A stretch of 41,778 bases of DNA from a virus, in IMG/VR virus record IMGVR_UViG_3300016484_000878, positions 1-41,778 of that record; one strand, 5' to 3'. The position numbers were made by a program, and so were the translations under genes. Below are positions 38,584 through 41,778 of the stretch, piece after piece; position 1 is the first letter of the stretch, and every line of letters begins with the position of its first letter. The notes beneath the pieces are model-generated. The model worked only from the letters and a program-made list of their open reading frames with translations. It did no database searches and was not told where the DNA came from.

Positions 38584-38612
38584 TTGACACGTTGATTCGT
38601 GTCGTGTAGATT
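38584..38612 (+). promoter_or_regulatory. Near-consensus promoter TTGACA-17-TAGATT
   Basis: The -35 is at 38584..38589 and the -10 at 38607..38612, in a lower-GC intergenic region. The spacer contains the TTGATTCGTGT element. Confidence 0.65.
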
Positions 38613-38650
38613 ATGAGTTGTAAGCGAGAGCAAGCGACGAGGGAGCGGAC

Positions 38651-38818
38651 ATGCTGAAGTGCGAGAAGAAGAACTCGGCGATCGAGCACAGCAACGAGAA
38701 CGACCCGGAGATGTTCACCGTTTACAGCTTCGATCTCACGCGCAGATTCAAGCACTGCCTGAACCACGCGGCGGAGAGCGAGCAGCGTGGCCGGCGAGTC
38801 GAGATCATCCGCCACTAA
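38651..38818 (+). CDS. Solitary plus-strand 55-aa protein (possible ribbon-helix-helix regulator)
   Basis: SD GGGAG lies 5 nt before the ATG. Third codon positions are very G/C-rich. MLKCEKKNSAIEHSNENDPEMFTVYSFDLTRRFKHCLNHAAESEQRGRRVEIIRH. It has its own promoter and terminator. Confidence 0.65.
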   Translation: MLKCEKKNSAIEHSNENDPEMFTVYSFDLTRRFKHCLNHAAESEQRGRRVEIIRH

Positions 38819-38829
38819 ATACCAGAGCG

Positions 38830-38865
38830 AAAGGCGCCACCTCTATCGAGGTGGCGCCTTTTCTC
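38830..38865 (+). terminator. Classic intrinsic terminator (14-bp stem, tetraloop, T-run)
   Basis: aaaggcgccacctc-tatc-gaggtggcgccttt followed by tctc. It may also terminate the converging minus-strand gene 38903..39097. Confidence 0.8.
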
Positions 38866-38902
38866 GCTGCATACTTGATCTTGAAGAGATGATCTTGATC
38901 GA

Positions 38903-39097
38903 CTAGTTGATCTTGATGAGATCTGCATGCTCGTCGAGTCGTCCCAGGCGATACGTCAGGTGACCCACGGCTGCGGTGAGTTGCATCATCCCGAACAGGT
39001 CCTGCGTGAACAGCGCCAGCGCCGCAGACGCCAGCAGCATGAAGACTGCGATCGCCACCTGGTAGCGCAGCACCTCGCGCCGCCTCGCGCTGGGCAT
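38903..39097 (-). CDS. Small membrane protein (64 aa)
   Basis: ATG 39097 overlaps the upstream stop by 1 nt. The TM segment is VAIAVFMLLASAALALF. Confidence 0.6.
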   Translation of the reverse strand: MPSARRREVLRYQVAIAVFMLLASAALALFTQDLFGMMQLTAAVGHLTYRLGRLDEHADLIKIN

Positions 39098-39762
39098 CAC
39101 AGGCCGCGCTTCGGGAAGCGGGTGTTGTGCGTCCAGTGGCCGTAGATCGGGTGTCCGGGGACCATGAACCATCCCGGCTGGCCGAGCAGGGCGAAGAACA
39201 GCTCGGCGGGGACGACGTCCTGAGGTAGCCGGCCGTCGTCGAAGACGTGCCACCCGGCGTCGGCCAGGGACTGATCAACGTGCTGCGAGCACATCATGTC
39301 CTTGCGCGTCGACATGTGCTTGATCAGCCAACGCTCGGTGAGGCGCATGCGGAACGCGCCCGCGGCGAGCTTGACGTAGGTGAGGAAGTTGTACGGCGTC
39401 CCGACGTAGTTCGAGGCGCAGAGCGCGACGTTGGCGCCCCATACATCACGTCCGAAGTAGTGCGGACGGATGAAGATGTTCTTGCTCTCGTGCGCACGGG
39501 TGCCGATCGGGATGCGCTCGCAGCCTCGCGGCATGGCCTGCACGATGTCGATTCCCGCCAGACCTGGCGCGCCGGCCACGATGGCGACGTGCCGGCGCTT
39601 CCACCACACGCGCCAGCGCCGCACCTGGCCGAACCAGCGCCGCGTCAGGAACAGCAGCCCCTGGCCGGCCCCCACAGGGAACAGCCCCGGCACAATGCCG
39701 TCCATGTCGGTGAACAGGATGTCGCCCGCCTTGACGCTGCTCTCTTCGCTCATCTCGCTCAC
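39097..39762 (-). CDS. Permuted papain-like (NlpC/P60, YiiX/C92-like) amidase candidate
   Basis: AGDILF..., the His in RHVAIVAG...IVQAMPRG, and the Cys in DMMCSQHVDQSL are in His-before-Cys order. The start is GTG 39762 (GTGA overlap) or ATG 39753. Confidence 0.5.
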   Translation of the reverse strand: MSEMSEESSVKAGDILFTDMDGIVPGLFPVGAGQGLLFLTRRWFGQVRRWRVWWKRRHVAIVAGAPGLAGIDIVQAMPRGCERIPIGTRAHESKNIFIRPHYFGRDVWGANVALCASNYVGTPYNFLTYVKLAAGAFRMRLTERWLIKHMSTRKDMMCSQHVDQSLADAGWHVFDDGRLPQDVVPAELFFALLGQPGWFMVPGHPIYGHWTHNTRFPKRGL

Positions 39763-39980
39763 GACTCCACCTCGAATCCGAGTTCGCGAAGTGCAGCTTC
39801 GAGGCCGGCGGCGACGCTGCAACCACTGGCGCCCCACGCGTCAAGGTACGCCCGACGCGCCTCAGGTGTGATCTTGACGCGCGTCGCCGCTTCTACGGCC
39901 ACGATCACTTCGCGCTCGAAGTCGACATCGTCTGCGTACGCAGCGAGGCACGCCTGAGCACGCCGGTCCTCGACGTTCAC
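39759..39980 (-). CDS. Small protein, paralogue of 39977..40282
   Basis: GTG 39980 in a GTGA overlap. The shared motifs are EAATRVKI, YLDAW and the C-terminal ELGFEVE. Confidence 0.65.
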   Translation of the reverse strand: MNVEDRRAQACLAAYADDVDFEREVIVAVEAATRVKITPEARRAYLDAWGASGCSVAAGLEAALRELGFEVES

Positions 39981-40282
39981 TGTGCTTCCACCTCGAATCC
40001 GAGTTCGGTCATCGTCGCCACGAGCGCGTCGTGCGCAACATCGACGACGGTGAAGTGCAGCGGGCATCGGGCGTTGTCGTGTTCGACGCGGCTCATCAGC
40101 CGCTCGTTGTACGCATCCAGCCAGGCCTTGCGGTGAATGCGCACGATCTCGTCATCGATCTTGACGCGTGTCGCCGTCTCGATGGCGGCTTCGATGTCTT
40201 GGATGATGCCGCCGTATTCGCGCTCGAAAGCGTCGCGTGCGCGCTGGCGCCGCTCTTTGATCTTGCTCGATTCAGAACTCAT
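39977..40282 (-). CDS. Small protein, paralogue of 39759..39980
   Basis: 101 aa with ETATRVKI, WLDAY and the C-terminal ELGFEVE. Confidence 0.7.
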   Translation of the reverse strand: MSSESSKIKERRQRARDAFEREYGGIIQDIEAAIETATRVKIDDEIVRIHRKAWLDAYNERLMSRVEHDNARCPLHFTVVDVAHDALVATMTELGFEVEAQ

Positions 40283-40760
40283 TGGTCAACGCCTTCAGGG
40301 TGGCTGCGTGCGTGTCTGCGAGGACCTTGCGCAGCATGCGGATTTCACGGTCTTTGGCGGCGATCGTCTCGTTCAGATCGCGGATGGTCTCGTGCGGAGA
40401 GTCGTCGATGTCGGGGAGGTTGTTCTCTGCGTCGGCCAGAGACGAGAGTGCCTGAGTGAGCGCGTCGGAGCTTTTGTCCCTCTCGCCCCTACGCCACGCC
40501 TTCGCCATCACGATCACGTTCTCGCGCTCGGCTTGCGTCTTCGCCACCGACGCCGGGAGCGCGGTCAGGCGCTGGCCGAGCGCGCCCAGCAGGCGGATGA
40601 CGGTGTCGAGTTCGGGGATGTTTCGCGAACGCTCGTACGTCGAGATCATCGACGACGGCACGCCCGACGCCTCCCCTAGTTGCTGCTGAGTCATGCCGGC
40701 GTTCACGCGCATGTCGCGCAACACCGGCCCGAACATCGCCCCGTAACTGATGATGGTCAC
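40272..40760 (-). CDS. XRE-family HTH DNA-binding protein with coiled-coil C-terminus
   Basis: LRDMRVNAGMTQQQLGEASGVPSSMISTYERSRNIPELDTVIRLLGAL. The start is GTG 40760 (GTGA overlap) or ATG 40735. Confidence 0.8.
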   Translation of the reverse strand: MTIISYGAMFGPVLRDMRVNAGMTQQQLGEASGVPSSMISTYERSRNIPELDTVIRLLGALGQRLTALPASVAKTQAERENVIVMAKAWRRGERDKSSDALTQALSSLADAENNLPDIDDSPHETIRDLNETIAAKDREIRMLRKVLADTHAATLKALTNEF

Positions 40761-41005
40761 AGGAAGCCGTCCGGGATGAGTGTCGCGTCGAAGCGGTAGA
40801 ACGGGCCTTCGGGCACCTCTGCACTGATGATTATGATCTTCTTCTCGCACGCGATGTCCAGCGCGGCCCGCTCAGCGTCGGATGCGTTGGTCATCATGCG
40901 ATGCATGGTTCTCGGATTGACGAAGTAGCGATACGGTTCGCGCTGCGTCAACCGTTTGAACATCGCCACCATGTCGTCCCACGTGAGCGGGTCTGTCGCA
41001 CTCAT
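40757..41005 (-). CDS. Hypothetical protein
   Basis: 82 aa with SD AGAGGGGCGAAAA before ATG 41005. Confidence 0.75.
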   Translation of the reverse strand: MSATDPLTWDDMVAMFKRLTQREPYRYFVNPRTMHRMMTNASDAERAALDIACEKKIIIISAEVPEGPFYRFDATLIPDGFL

Positions 41006-41122
41006 TTTTCGCCCCTCTGATCTTGATCGAATGAAAATCGGGCGGGGCTCTGTGGCGAACCCCGCTCGATTTCTATACCGCTATCGACGACTTGTCATCG
41101 CGTCGCAAACGAAGGCGTACGT

Positions 41123-41761
41123 CTACGCGTTGTCGATGCGGTAAGCGTTCACCCAGGACGGGTTGCCGCCGGGGTTCGGCTTCTGGCCGACGCGCTTCTT
41201 CGTGAGGCGCTTGCCGATCAGATCGGCCGGCGAGGCGAGATTGATACCGCGGGCGCGAGCCTCGGTCATCGCCTTGGCGAACTCGGCGTAGTCGAACCCG
41301 CCGACCACCTCGATCCGCTTGCCCTCGTCCTGGCCGACGTAGGCGACGTCGCGCCCGGTCGAGATGCACTCGGCCTCGGTGATGCGGTAGCCGGTGTCGA
41401 GGCTGATGTGCGTGACCATGACCGGGCGGTTGGGCTTGCCTGTTGGCTGGTCGATCGCGTCGGTGGTGATGGCCTTGTCGCGCTTCTCGCCGCCGACCTT
41501 GGACAGGCTCCAGTACTTCGGAGTCTTCGTGTTGAAGTCCTGGTCCTGCTTGTCGTCCATGCCGGTGATGATGCCGGTCCGCTCGCTGCCGAGCGGGTGC
41601 GTCTTGTTGAACAGGGCGGGGGCGGTAGCGCCCGAGCTGAACAGCAGGCTCCCGCCCGCGGCCCCGCCGAAGGCGCCGGCCATCGCGTCCTGAGGCGCGG
41701 ACTGCTCGGGGGCGGGAGGCGTCGGGGCGGCGGAGGCCGCAGCCCACGGGTCGTTGGACAT
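41123..41761 (-). CDS. Hypothetical protein (possible ssDNA-binding/annealing protein, by context only)
   Basis: 212 aa with a low-complexity Ala/Pro/Gly N-terminus. It is transcribed just upstream of tRNA-like element 1 and the PD-(D/E)XK exonuclease gene across the circular junction. No diagnostic motif was seen. Confidence 0.7.
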   Translation of the reverse strand: MSNDPWAAASAAPTPPAPEQSAPQDAMAGAFGGAAGGSLLFSSGATAPALFNKTHPLGSERTGIITGMDDKQDQDFNTKTPKYWSLSKVGGEKRDKAITTDAIDQPTGKPNRPVMVTHISLDTGYRITEAECISTGRDVAYVGQDEGKRIEVVGGFDYAEFAKAMTEARARGINLASPADLIGKRLTKKRVGQKPNPGGNPSWVNAYRIDNA

Positions 41762-41778
41762 TGATTCTCGCTCTCTGC
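41757..41778. repeat. 22-bp exact copy of the window start (1..22)
   Basis: Identical to positions 1..22. It marks circular closure. Confidence 0.9.

Noticed and set aside
41073-41747. 224-aa Arg/Gly/Pro-rich minus-strand ORF overlapping gene 41123..41761
   Set aside because: It is an alternative-frame artefact in GC-rich DNA. The chosen frame has an ATG with a leader and promoter and a normal composition.

Overview
The window is a complete, circularly closed, high-GC tailed-phage genome. The first 22 nt are identical to the last 22 nt, giving a unit length of 41,756 bp. Gene content and signals look actinobacterial and siphovirus-like: HK97-type portal, ClpP-like protease and capsid, a G/T chaperone frameshift, a tape measure protein, a GAGGGG-type SD and leaderless mRNAs.

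Two transcription arms diverge from a compact control region (about 7541..7587) and converge on a bidirectional terminator (36610..36663).
- Plus arm (7588..36594): a small leaderless regulator-like gene, primase-polymerase/helicase, an iteron array, a RusA-like resolvase, terminase, virion genes and lysis genes.
- Minus arm (7533 down to 1, then 41756 down to 36667): Dam-like methylase, SF2 helicase, PD-(D/E)XK exonuclease, two tRNA-like genes, an XRE-type HTH protein, a papain-like amidase and many small membrane proteins.

I saw no integrase, partition or DNA polymerase gene, so the phage is probably lytic.

The most unusual feature is a 302-codon Hint intein in the large terminase gene. 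Its central part does not look like an endonuclease domain. Instead, a protein-like HTH + PD-(D/E)XK (Vsr/DUF559-like) endonuclease gene sits on the opposite strand in exact codon register, with its own SD and extended -10.

Other notable features:
- an 11-bp iteron array that is a candidate origin;
- a 7-bp-phased hexamer operator array under face-to-face divergent promoters;
- two oversized non-canonical tRNA-like genes;
- an inverted copy of a 21-bp promoter element inside the tail operon;
- a tail-tube paralogue that seems to start at AUU right after an inserted HNH gene.

All functional calls come from motif recognition by eye. No database search was run.
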